In this document: one piece after another, positions 35,401 to 47,400 of the stretch
Numbering within the stretch: position 1 is the first letter of the stretch
How the letters are laid out: the number at the start of each line of letters is the position of its first letter
DNA from: Eledone cirrhosa
Lineage: Eukaryota
Assembly: GCA_964016885.1 (NCBI GenBank)
Contig: OZ024740.1
Location: 220,472,001 to 220,536,000 of the forward strand
Reading direction: 5' to 3'
Length of the DNA: 64,000 nucleotides
The notes under the pieces: model-generated
Seen by the model: only the letters and a program-made list of their open reading frames with translations
Databases searched by the model: none
What the model was told of the DNA's origin: nothing
Program-made: the position numbers and the translations under genes

Positions 35401-38400
35401 GAAAATATAGAAATAGATCTATATATAAGAGATATTTAACTATAAAATCTACTTACCATTTTTAAAGATGTATGAAAAATTTTGAGAATCCATTACATCT
35501 TTTCCTGATTGTAAAACATCAAGATACTACAAACAGAAAATATACAAAATATAAAAGAAAACAGCAGAATAATATATTAGAAACTGAAACAAGATAATTT
35601 ATTTTTTATCAGTTTTGCAAGATTCTTGATTTGAAATCATGTGTTGAAATAGACACTCTTGGAAGGGTCATATCACCAATAAAAAACACATGGAATAGAT
35701 GTTTTTCACTTTAGTTTTATTAATACATTAATTCACAAATGAATGCTCATCATTGAAATTGATGGAGGATCTATCATTATCAATCAATTAGATAATTAAT
35801 TAATCATTTAATTAAATGATTGATTAATCAGTTTGTCATAGTTATTTTGTTACAACCTATGACCTATTCTATGATGATGTGGCTCACATGTATTTCCTTT
35901 TCACCTGTACTTACTGTTTCTCAGAGCCCAATAAAGGAAGAGGGAATGATGGATAAGATTAGGTCAGTATTATTTATGAGATAAGTGAACAATTTAATGT
36001 AGAATTTCCTCTCCATTGTTTTTGGTAAATGAGGAATAGATATATTCAAGATTCTGTCAATGGTGCTTGTATATTTTTATTTCATTCTTCAACATGGATG
36101 TTGATGAGATGTTTTAAGCAAAGAAATTAGGATACTTACACATAATTGATCTTGTAATGACTCTTTGGCTAACATGCTTTGCACAACATTGGTTCGATCT
36201 AGACAATCAATACAGTTCGTCCGAAAGACACCATTCTGTTGCGTTAAGGTAATACCATCTCGTGATGAAGAAAAATATCTATAAAAGTATAAAGATTTCT
36301 CAATTAGTCATAAAAATATATAAAATAAAGTCTAATCATAAATTATCATTTTTAAAACTATAAACAATCATATTTTTAGAGAATTATGAATTTTGAATGT
36401 ATGTTAGCTTAAAGTTAACTGCTTCAAATCGGGTTTCTGACTATGAAAAATAGTTGAACAAGTTTGGTACATAAATCCCATTGAAGAGGACAGTGGTGCT
36501 GTCCACTTTGAAACCTATATTTTTTACATGGTTAATGTGGATAATTTAAATGTATATACTACTAAAAATAAAATGGCTGTCACATATAATCAAGTAACAC
36601 TCCATAGTATGTACCATGCTTTCACTACATGTTTTAGGTATTCGTGTAGTCACAAGTAGACATAGACCCTCTTGTCTTTCCAGCTTTTGATCCAGTGAAA
36701 CATTCAGGATGAAACAGCTAGAAGGAGAGAGGATTGGACCAGAACTGGCCTGATACGTTCTTTACTAACACTGAAAGGATGAAAGGTAAAGCTGTACTTT
36801 TGTTATATTGAGATCTGAACTCAAGAGTGCAAAGAGCCAGAACAAATATTGCAATGATCGCTATCTGATACTCTAACAACTCTACTAATCAAATTCCTTC
36901 AGATGTATATAGTCTTACAGAATTAAACTTAATCTCTATAATCACTGATAATTATTAGCTTACTTAACCCTTTAGCATTTAAAAGGTTAAGAGTCACTGC
37001 TATTGTCTAACTTGTGACCAATAGCAGCAACAGAGCCCTAAACCTCTCTCTATGCTGCTCTTACTTTAGTTATTAGAAAGATTTACATTTACATCTATTT
37101 CTTTTCGGTAGCCATTTAGCAGTTCATACATTCATGTTCAATTAAGAAAGTGTAGAAATGTAACACCAATAATTTTAAATGTACAATCACAACAACACAA
37201 TGAAAATTGAAGAATTCATCTTGTATGCACCTTCATCTCCCATGTCCTAACACCCAACCCCTCACTCACGTCCCTAGATCTACCTCCCCAATCCCCATGC
37301 ACTTCCCCCACCCAAGTCCTCAGCCTACACTGTAAAGTGGTCATTATAGTGCCACAACAAAAAGCGCCCAGCCCACACTATAAAGTGGTGGTTTAGGTGT
37401 CACAGCAAAAAGCACACAGTGCACACTGTAAATGTGGTTAGCGTTAAACCCCAATGACAACAGCAACAATAACAACAACATACACTATATGCAACAGCAT
37501 CCAGCTATAAACACCAAGCCAAAATCAGTTCTATATGAGCAAGACAGACATCTGATCTGCCTTATCTCATAATGAGACAACTCATCTAACCCATGCTAGT
37601 GTGGAAAAATGGACATTAAACAGTGATAATGATGATGATGTACGATCAGATGTGTAGAAATGTGACAAATAATTTTGACACACACAATTTTAACACAACA
37701 CAATGAAAATAAAAATTATATTACACTAATAAGAGACAAAAGCAATATTCACCCCAATTCTTTTCTTCCTTCACATACCATAGTTATTAGAATTGACAGC
37801 CTTTCCCAACGCATGTTTCGACATTCATGATGAAAATCAAAGGCTTCATATCTGAAAAAGTTTAATATATTTTTAACTTTAAAAAAAATCCATATATAAA
37901 TCCTCCACGTAATTGATTTAATATGTTTTGTTATAATTAAATCTGAAATTATAAGTAAGTGTTTGACTTATGCCAGTTCCCTTAAGTTAGTGAATTTGAA
38001 AGAGAGAGAGATTCTAGAAAGTTACAATTCTGAGAACTAGCAAAAATACTGCACCCTTCTCTCCATTTTTAAAACTATCTATTAACCTAAAAAGGCCTAG
38101 TGATTATGGTGTTGTGCTCATGATCACAAGGTTGTGGTTTCAATTTCCAGACTAGGTGGTGTGTTGTCCTTGAGCAAGGCACTTTATTTTATGTTGTTCC
38201 CGTCCACTCAGCTGAAAATGAATACCAGCAGCTGGAGGTTGTTAGCCATGCACTGGACTGGCATCTTGTATTTTTAGTCACTTAATACCCCATGAAACTT
38301 TGGTAAGCTCAGGTCATTATCAAACATGGAAGAATGGCTGTAAAATATGATGACTTATCTATTAGCTCTTTCTATACTCAGGTTTCTAGAAATTACAATA

Positions 38401-41400
38401 TGTACAAGGACAATATGTTATCCCAGTCTAGGAATCAAAACAAATGTTCTTATGACCATAAACTCAACACTAACTGCTAGGCGACATACCTTCACATTAC
38501 ATGCATCATAAACAAGTACATATTATACTCAAATAGATAGGGTACTTAGAGGTTACCCCCTGCTAATCTAAAATGGCTCTTCTTCACCCACTTATTCCTG
38601 GGAGGATCATGGAGGCAGAGTCCTCAAGAATGCCTTCCAGCAGATCCTATCAAAAGTAACTTTCGCCAATTAATTTGGCTGGATCCTCAAGCGAAACCAA
38701 TCAAGCTCATAGATATTATCCAACCATCTTGCTTTGAAATCTTGACTGACTCTAAATTTCTTTTATGTAATCTAGAAAGTATGTGTATATGTATATATTT
38801 ATTATATGTATTATCCCAAATGTTCTAGCAATATCCTAATCTAGCATGAACCATATATACTTGTGTACAAGACACACCTTTTTCATGAAAATATGCAAAA
38901 CACCTAGCATGTGACTTACTGAAGCTACAAAACCTCAATTCCAAATATATGATACATTGCAAATGTTGTAAGCAAAATAAAGGTGTAAATTGTACATGAG
39001 TATATGGTATTTATATTTTGAATCGTGATAGCTGCTGTTCAAAGCTAAAGCATTTCCTGTTTCGGAAGGCAAAATCCAGCCACGTGAAGAATATCAGCCT
39101 GAAAGGTCCCAGATGTTGTAATGGTGAACATTTATAGACAATGCAACAATAGTAACTATGTAGTGTTCATGAATATGGAGAATGCACTATAATCTGGGCA
39201 GCAACAAGAAAACCTAACACAAGCCTATCATTTGTCTTATAACATCAAGAAAATTAATTCAATGTCCACTATACAACAAAGATCATTCAATACTTGAGCT
39301 ATAACCATTTTATGTTGTTCAATATCAAAATGTAAAAGAAATACATAAAAAACAAATATCACTTTAAAATTTGATACCTGATATCTTTGTTTGCAGTATT
39401 TAGTACCATCTTAGAAAAGGCCTCCTCCAAATAACCTTCAGGTTTTTTATGATCAATCTAAAATATTGAAAAAATTGTATTAAATAAACATCACATTTTG
39501 CTCTAATTATACAACTATAGACCTGGCAATTATAGATGTTGTTAAGCTATTGAAAAATATGAAATGACTCAATCTGAGCAAGCTTGACCAAATGATGATA
39601 ACTGTATAAGTGTCATTCTCTTCAAATTAAAATAAAATTCCAGTTCAATTAGGTCAGTTCAGTTCTTAACTGTTAAAAACACCATCTTATCTATTAACAA
39701 AATTATACCATTAATAACAATACCTTATAAATTAGTACTTAATATTCATTTAGTTAAGCATGATTAATATAAAGATTAAACTGATTCCATAGTAACATAC
39801 CAAATTGATAAGCACTTGTTTCCCATAAGAGTAAATCTGAGCATCAAAATGTCGATTAAAGGCATCCATCTGTAAAAAACAAAAACAAAATTCAGTAAGA
39901 AAATTGTAATAGATTTTTCTGAAGTCCCCAAAATACAAAGCAACTTCAGAAATTTAGCGAAGTGAATATGGGTTATCACACATCACTACATGTGACTTTC
40001 CATCATATAGATACTTGTATATTTTTATATAACTGTTAGATTTTAGCGTATAGACGGTGACTTGGAATTGGCAGAATCATTAGAGCACAGAAAAGAATGC
40101 CTTGCAGTATTTGTTCCCACAACTTTTTTCATGAAAAACCCAAAATACAAAAGCTATATAAAAGCCAGAACATGACTTATATGTGAGTCAAGTATGTAGC
40201 CCAAAATGTTGTATGTAAAATGGAAGTGTGACCAATCTACTGAACCTACAAATCTTATATGTGAATCAACTACTGAGCCAGGAATGTTATATGTAAAATG
40301 GAGGTGTGGCTCATCTCCTAGACCTACAAATCCTTATATGTAGGGCAAAACCAACCGACAGGAGACCCAGGGGTAGATCCTGAGCAAGATGGTTGGATAA
40401 CATCCATGAGCTTGGCTGGTCATGCTTGGGGATCGAGCCAGATCAATTGGAGACAGTTGCTTCTGACAGGACCTGCTGGAAGGAGTGTTTGAGGACGCTG
40501 CCCCCACAACCCTCTCAGGAATAAGTGGGGGAAGAAGAAGTACTGAGCCAGGAATGCTGTATATAAAATGGAAGTGTGGCTCATCTCCTAAGGCATTAAG
40601 AGTTAAATTAACATAACTTTAGTTGCAATCTGTTTTATACAAAGCACTTGAAGTTTTAACCAACTAAAAAATAATGGCTTCAATTAATAAGAATTATCCA
40701 TTTTCTTTATTATCTACTTCATACTGAAACTGATTTTAAGCAACAACCACAACAAACATTTTAAGGCCATTTCCTTTGCTAAAGAAGGGTTTAGGTTTGT
40801 GGGATCCCATGACAAGCTCCTTCATTTTGCCCTATTCTCAGCATCCTGACCTCCCACACCTTACCAGAATAATAATTGTTTCTACTTTTGGCACAAGGCC
40901 AGCAATTACCCCACTGCATTACTGGTACTATATTTTATCAACCCTGCAAGGATAAAAGGCAAAGTTAACCTTGGCGGGATTTACGAGAATAAATATGAAA
41001 AGGCTTTCTTTTCCTCCGCCATTGCTTTTAGCTATGTCTTTCTTAGTCTCCCTCTACTTCTACTTGCTTCCACATTCATTTCCACCACTCCTCTCACTTA
41101 GTAATCTTCATCCTTCCTTAACACATGACCCAATTAGCTCATCCCATTTCTCTTCATACCATTCATTATTAGTTCTGTAAGGTGGATTGGCAGTATCGGT
41201 AGAGGGCCAGACACTATGCTTTCCAGCATAGTTACGTCCCTTAACGATCCGAGTTCAAATCCCGCCGAGGTTAACTTTGCCTTTCATCCTTACTGGGTCG
41301 ATAAAATAAAGTACCAGTAATGTACTGGGTAATTGCTGGCCTTGTGCCTAAAGTAGAAACAATTATTTTACGTAAGTCGACCCAGCTCAGTATCCTCTTC

Positions 41401-44400
41401 GCCAGTAGCTCCCCACCCCAATACACCTTTTATTTAAATCTATCTGCCACATTATTAAATAATCCTCACACACCACTACATTGAAACATGAAAATTTACA
41501 GAGTAATAATGAAAATGATGAATGAAGGAAAAATATAATTTTTCTATTGAAATTAAAAAAAAAAAAAAAAGATAATTATAATTAGGTAACTAAAAACGAA
41601 TACTTACGTGATTAGCTGCACTACCGATAATGGGTGTTGGTTTATATTTAAGATTGGGTCGTTGTGACCAATATAGAGGTATTGAACCACGACTCTGCAG
41701 ATAAGAAATTGCAAAAGAAATTTTCATTAGGAGAGTATTTTATTGAAATGTGTGCGTGTGTGTGTGAAGGAGAGGAGTGAAGAAGAGGGAGGAGACAGAG
41801 AGACCTAGGAATGTGGAGAAAGGAAATAAGCAGTAGTTAGTAAGTCTTCTATGAAATCAGGAAAAAGCTATCAATTTTCATATGAAGTATATGTAAATGT
41901 GTGAACTCTGAACAAGTATCCTTCACCTTCAACTAACCTACCGTCCGCTACTTGATCCCAGCTGACAGGATGGAGAATGTATTGCCCCAGAGGACAGCGA
42001 GGGCGACGCGCTGGAACAGCCACTCCACCTCACATTTTCCCTCTTCAGCCTGGGCTGGTAGTCAAACACCCCAGGTTGCCACAAGAGAAGGTGTCACAGC
42101 ATGTAGCATCCCAGATGAGGGGCCTACCCCTGCAGAATGGGAAGATTGTCATACCGTCTAGCCTTTTGCCATCCCCTTGGTGGAGTCCCACTGGCTCGAG
42201 GCAGAAAGGAAAGCCTGTGCTGTCCAGGCTATGCTTTATGATCTCGTTGAGAGCAACATGGCATGGGAGGTGGCTGGCACTATAACGGCATGACATTGGG
42301 TATAGACCGAAAGGAACCACAGTGGAACTGCAGTGGCATTTGTAAGGCTCAAGGACGCAGAGGCCGAGCCTCAGGGAAACACTGATGTGCAAGCAGTCGC
42401 TGTCCAGCTGAGTGCCAATTGCATGTGATAGAACTGTGTTGAGCCAGGCACCACTGTGGGTTGGGAAGCCAAGTGGCAACATGCCAGATGATACTGGTCA
42501 AGCAGGTGCACCAGCTGTCTAAAGTCATGTTGCAAAGGATAGCATCCCATTTGTTTTGGGAGTGACAGGGGGAGGGGAGTATGGTTGTTCACAGGGCAGA
42601 GTCTGAGCTGGTTATAAGCAAGAAAATGGACGATCTTTAATCTAAGAACAAATCACTCCTATATTTGTGAAAAAAATTAAAGTTTTCAGAAAGTATCAAA
42701 TTTCTATTTCCTCTTTCTTAATTAAATCCTACAAAAGAAATTTCAGCAAAGAAATTTTTAAAAATTCTTTTATTTTCATTGAAAATATCAAAGCATTATT
42801 TTTTTTTCTAAGTTATAAAAATGAATTCAAAACAATTTCATATAGAAAAATTCAAATATGTCTTTTTAATTTGATAATTTGGAAGAAAAAATATTTACCT
42901 GCACAAGAGAACATTTATGGCCATCATGAAGAATGATCTGTTCAGTTTCCACAAAATTAGCTGCTTGTCCCTCTGAATCTAAGCCTCGCATATAAAATCT
43001 AGTACCTGCCCTATAAACTGATCTTCTGGAAATTAAAATATAGTCTATAGCTTTACTATTGATTGCACATGAGCGTATAGACACAACTGATGAAAATATT
43101 AAGGAAAAAGTTACAGGTGATGCTGGTTCGCGTAATTATTATAAAAAGGATTATCTTTTTTTTTTATGAACATGAAGTCATGCTGAACATGTACATGCTG
43201 GAAAGTGGTTGTTAATAGGAAGGGCATCCAGCCATAGAAAGCTTGTCAACCAAAGGGTTGGGAGGACTCTTCAATCACGTAGGACATGACAGCCTCCCTA
43301 ATGTTGGTATTAGGAAGGGCATCCAGCCATAGAAAGCTTGCTAAACAAAGGGTTAGGAGATTTCAATTATGTCAAGGACATGACAGCCTGCCTATTGTTG
43401 TTAATAGGAAGGGCATCCAGCCATAGAAAGCTTGCTAAACAAAGGGTTAGGAGGAGATTTCAATTATGTCAAGGACATGACAGCCTGCCTATTGTTGTTA
43501 ATAGGAAGGGCATCCAGCCATAGAAAACTTGCTAAACAAAGGGTTGGGAGGACATTTCAATTATGTCAAACACGACCTCTCCTGTGCAGACAGTAGAACG
43601 TGAGGTTGCACATAATTGAGATGCATATCCCTGGTCTTTCTGGGAGATAAGTAGCCTTGCTTCAGTACTGACTTGGTCTATGTAGACCCATCCAACCCTT
43701 TCTAGCTGGGAAAGCAAACATTATAACGATGATGATTATGATGATATGGACTGAATAGTTTTAAAATTCAAAATAACCAAGTGTCAATGGAACAGTTAGT
43801 TTTTCTTTGGTACCAATTATTACCATGCATTGGATTTTGTATCCCAAACTCCGAAATCCATTGTCATTGCCAGATTGATTCCCTTCAACAATTCTTACTC
43901 AGAAGGTGCTTCTACAGGTTTGATCACACTTTGATGTTCATGAAGCAAACTAGATGTTAAACTGTGATGATGATGAAACTCAGTCCTTCTAAAGCAGCTA
44001 GGTAAACTAGAACACATGATTATACCATCCTTCCAGGCAATGTGATTGTGAAGTGGTTGTAATCTGAACAAATACCCCAAAATCAGTGCGAGCTACTAGC
44101 AAACATTGTGACAGTCCTACAACCAGTAGACAGATAGATTATCATCATCATCATCATCATCATCACCGTTTTACGTCCGTTCTTCCACGCTAGCATGGGT
44201 TAGACGGGTTGTCCTGTTGTGTGCAGTGTCTGGTCGGCTGACCATGCCTTGCTCATACAGGAACTGATCTGGCTTGATTTCTACAGCTGGATGCCCTTCC
44301 TAACACCAACCTCATTTACAGTGAGTGCTGGGTGCTTTTTCGTGGCGCCTACACGTCCACTTTACAGTGTGGGCTGGGTGCTTTTTTGCCGTGGCACCTC

Positions 44401-47400
44401 CACGACCACCTTGCGGTGGGGGTGGGGGGGAGCATATTGTTTATATGCTTCAGCATGTACCCATGGGAGGTCGGGTACCCTGTATTACTGCGTGACGCCA
44501 GAAGTCACGGTCGTGTGTCATTGTCTTTGAGAGGTGTAGTTGGGTAAGGTCGGCTTTTATCACCTCCTCCCAGGTCATCTTGGGTCTCCCCACACCGCGG
44601 TTTCCATCAACTTCTAGTGCTCTGCACCTTTTTATGCAGCTGTCATCCTTCATACACATCACATGTCCATACCAGCGCAACCGCCTCTCCTGCACACAGC
44701 ATTTGATTCCTCTTATGCTCAGTCTCTCTCTCAATTCATTTATGCTTTGTCGTTCACGTATATTACTGTTACACATCCATCGGAGCATGCAGGCTTCGTT
44801 TCTCTCTAATCTACGTAAGTCTTCCACCTTCAGCGCCCAGGTCTCACTACCATGCAACATCGCTGTTCGGATACACGCATCATACAGTCTGCCTTTCATT
44901 CTGAGGGAGAAGCCTTTTGCAGCTAGCAGTGGTAGTAGTTCCCTAAACTTCTTCCATCCCGTTCTTACCCTAGTTATTGTACTTTCTGAACACCCACCTC
45001 CGTTGCTAATTCGGTCACCTAGGTAGCAGAAGCTGTCTACTGTTTCTACAGGGCCCTCCCAGAGATTGGTGGTACTTGTTTCCTGTGGCTGTTTGCTGCT
45101 TGCTGTTTCAGCACAGCTGCTGCATGTGAATCCTACATTCTTAATTAAGCTTCCTGAGATCCCGCTACATCTCTTGTGTACCCATTGTTTGCATTTGGGG
45201 CAGAGAATGGAGTTCCTACCTACACCTTTCCTACATACTGAGCAAGGCCATTTCCCTGAGGGGATCTGGGTTCTGTTTTCTCGTCTACTTACAAGGACCT
45301 TAGTCTTTGTCATTTTGACTTTGAGACCCTTTCTTTCTAGTCCCTGCTTCCAGGTTTGGAATTTATTCTCTAGTTCTACCATAGATTCAGCTATGAGTGC
45401 GAGGTCATCAGCATACAGGAGTTCCCATGGGCATCCGGTCTTAAACTCCTCCGTTATTGCCTGCAGGACTATGATGAACAGGAGAGGGCTAAGAACAGAG
45501 CCCTGGTGGACCCCAACCTGTATGCTAAATTCCTCGCTATACTCATTGCTAATCCTAACTTTGCTGACTGCTCCCCTATACATGGCTTGTACCGCTTTCA
45601 CAAGCCATTCATCTACTCCTAGTTTTCTAAAAGCCCACCAGATTACCGCACGTGGAACTCTGTCAAAGGCTTTCTCAAGGTCGACAAATGCCAAGTAGAG
45701 TGGCTTACTTTTAGCTAGGTACTTTTCCTGTAATTGCCTCACAAGGAAGAGGGTATCAGTGGTGCCTCTTCCTGGTACAAACCCAAATTGCATCTCGTCT
45801 ATTTTCACCCGGTCCCTAATCAGCTGTGCTATAACTCTTTCTGTTACTTTCATGACCTGGTCCATCAACTTTATACCTCTATAGTTTCCTCTATCTAGTG
45901 CATCGCCTTTACTTTTGTAGCAGTTGACAATGATGCTACTGCACCAATCTTTTGGTATGGCCCCTTCTAGTATTACCTGGTTAACAATACATGTGGTTAT
46001 AGTGTGACCTACAGACCCAGATGCCTTCAGCATCTCGGCAGCTATCCCCGATGGACCGGTTGCCTTCCCCATCTTCATATCTCTGATTGCCTTACTTACT
46101 ACGCTGCCGCTGACTTGTACTGCTGGTCCCTCTATAGGGTCTACTTGGGGTAGGGTCTCTTCTTCCCATGCATTCTCCTCATTTAGTAATCTATCATAAT
46201 GACTCTTCCATGCATCTTTCTTCTCAGCACTTGTGAGGGCAAGCTCACCTTTATCATTCCGGATACACTTCTCTCCAATGACATCACAACTATCTCTGAC
46301 ACACTGCCTCGCAATCTTGAATACCTCCTGTTTCTGGTCCTCACGTTGTAAAACATGCTTGAATTTTCTATCCTCTGCTTCCCTCCTAGCTAAGTATACT
46401 TGTCGCCTAGCTTCCCTCTTGGTCTCTATGTAATGTACCCTCCTCCCCCAGTTCTTCCATTCTTTCCATGCCTGTCTCTTGGCCTTGACTGCTTCATCTA
46501 CCTTATTGTTCCACCACCAAGTCACTCTCCTCCTGCTTGAGGTCTTACTCCAGCCACAGACCTCGTCCGTTGCCTCTAGTAAATTATTATTTAGGAACTC
46601 CCAGTTCTCTTCTACATTAAATGTCTCTATCTGTTCTTCTTTACTGTCGTAGGCGTTGAGTAAAATATCTTTAAATCTGTTACTGGTTGAGGGGACTTTC
46701 AGCTTCCAGATCTTTCTTCTCCAGGTTGGCCTCTGTTTCAGGGCTCGTCTAGTTCTGACCGTGAGGTCGCTGGCAACTAAGCTATGTTGGGATGTACATT
46801 CCTCACTAGGGAAGGCTTTTGTGTTTACGACCGTCCATCTGTCACGTCCTCTGATGAGGATAAAATCTAACTGAGTAGAGTGCTCCCCTGATCTATAGGT
46901 GATCAGGTGGTTGTCGGGTTTTTTAAAGTTTGTGTTACATATCGACATGTCATTGGTGTCGCAGAATTCTAGAAGTCTGAATCCTTCCTCATTCCTTGTG
47001 CCAACTCCATGGCCTCCATGTACTCTATTGAAGCCGTCGCTGTGTTTACCTACGTGTCCGTTAAAATCTCCTGCGATGATTAGGAAGTCATTGTCGTTTG
47101 TTAGAGCAGTAGTGTGCATTAGGGACTCGTAAAACCTATCCTTAAGTTCGTCTGGCAGCCCCGATTGGGGTGCGTAAGCTGATATTATTGTGGTAATTGT
47201 CTTATTCAGGACTAATCTGAGTTTAATGATTTAATTATCACCAATGAATTGACTGTACCATTTAATTAACAGGATAAATTGGTAGAGTTATTAAAACATT
47301 GGATAGAATTCTTTGCAGTATTCATCCCAGCTCTCTGCACTCTGGGTTCAAATTCTGCCATTCATCCTTTCGAGGTTAATAAATAAGATTCCAATCAAGT

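Noticed and set aside
44580-47132. Plus-strand ORFs of 66-210 aa
   Set aside because: Antisense shadows of the LINE ORF with no recognisable domains.
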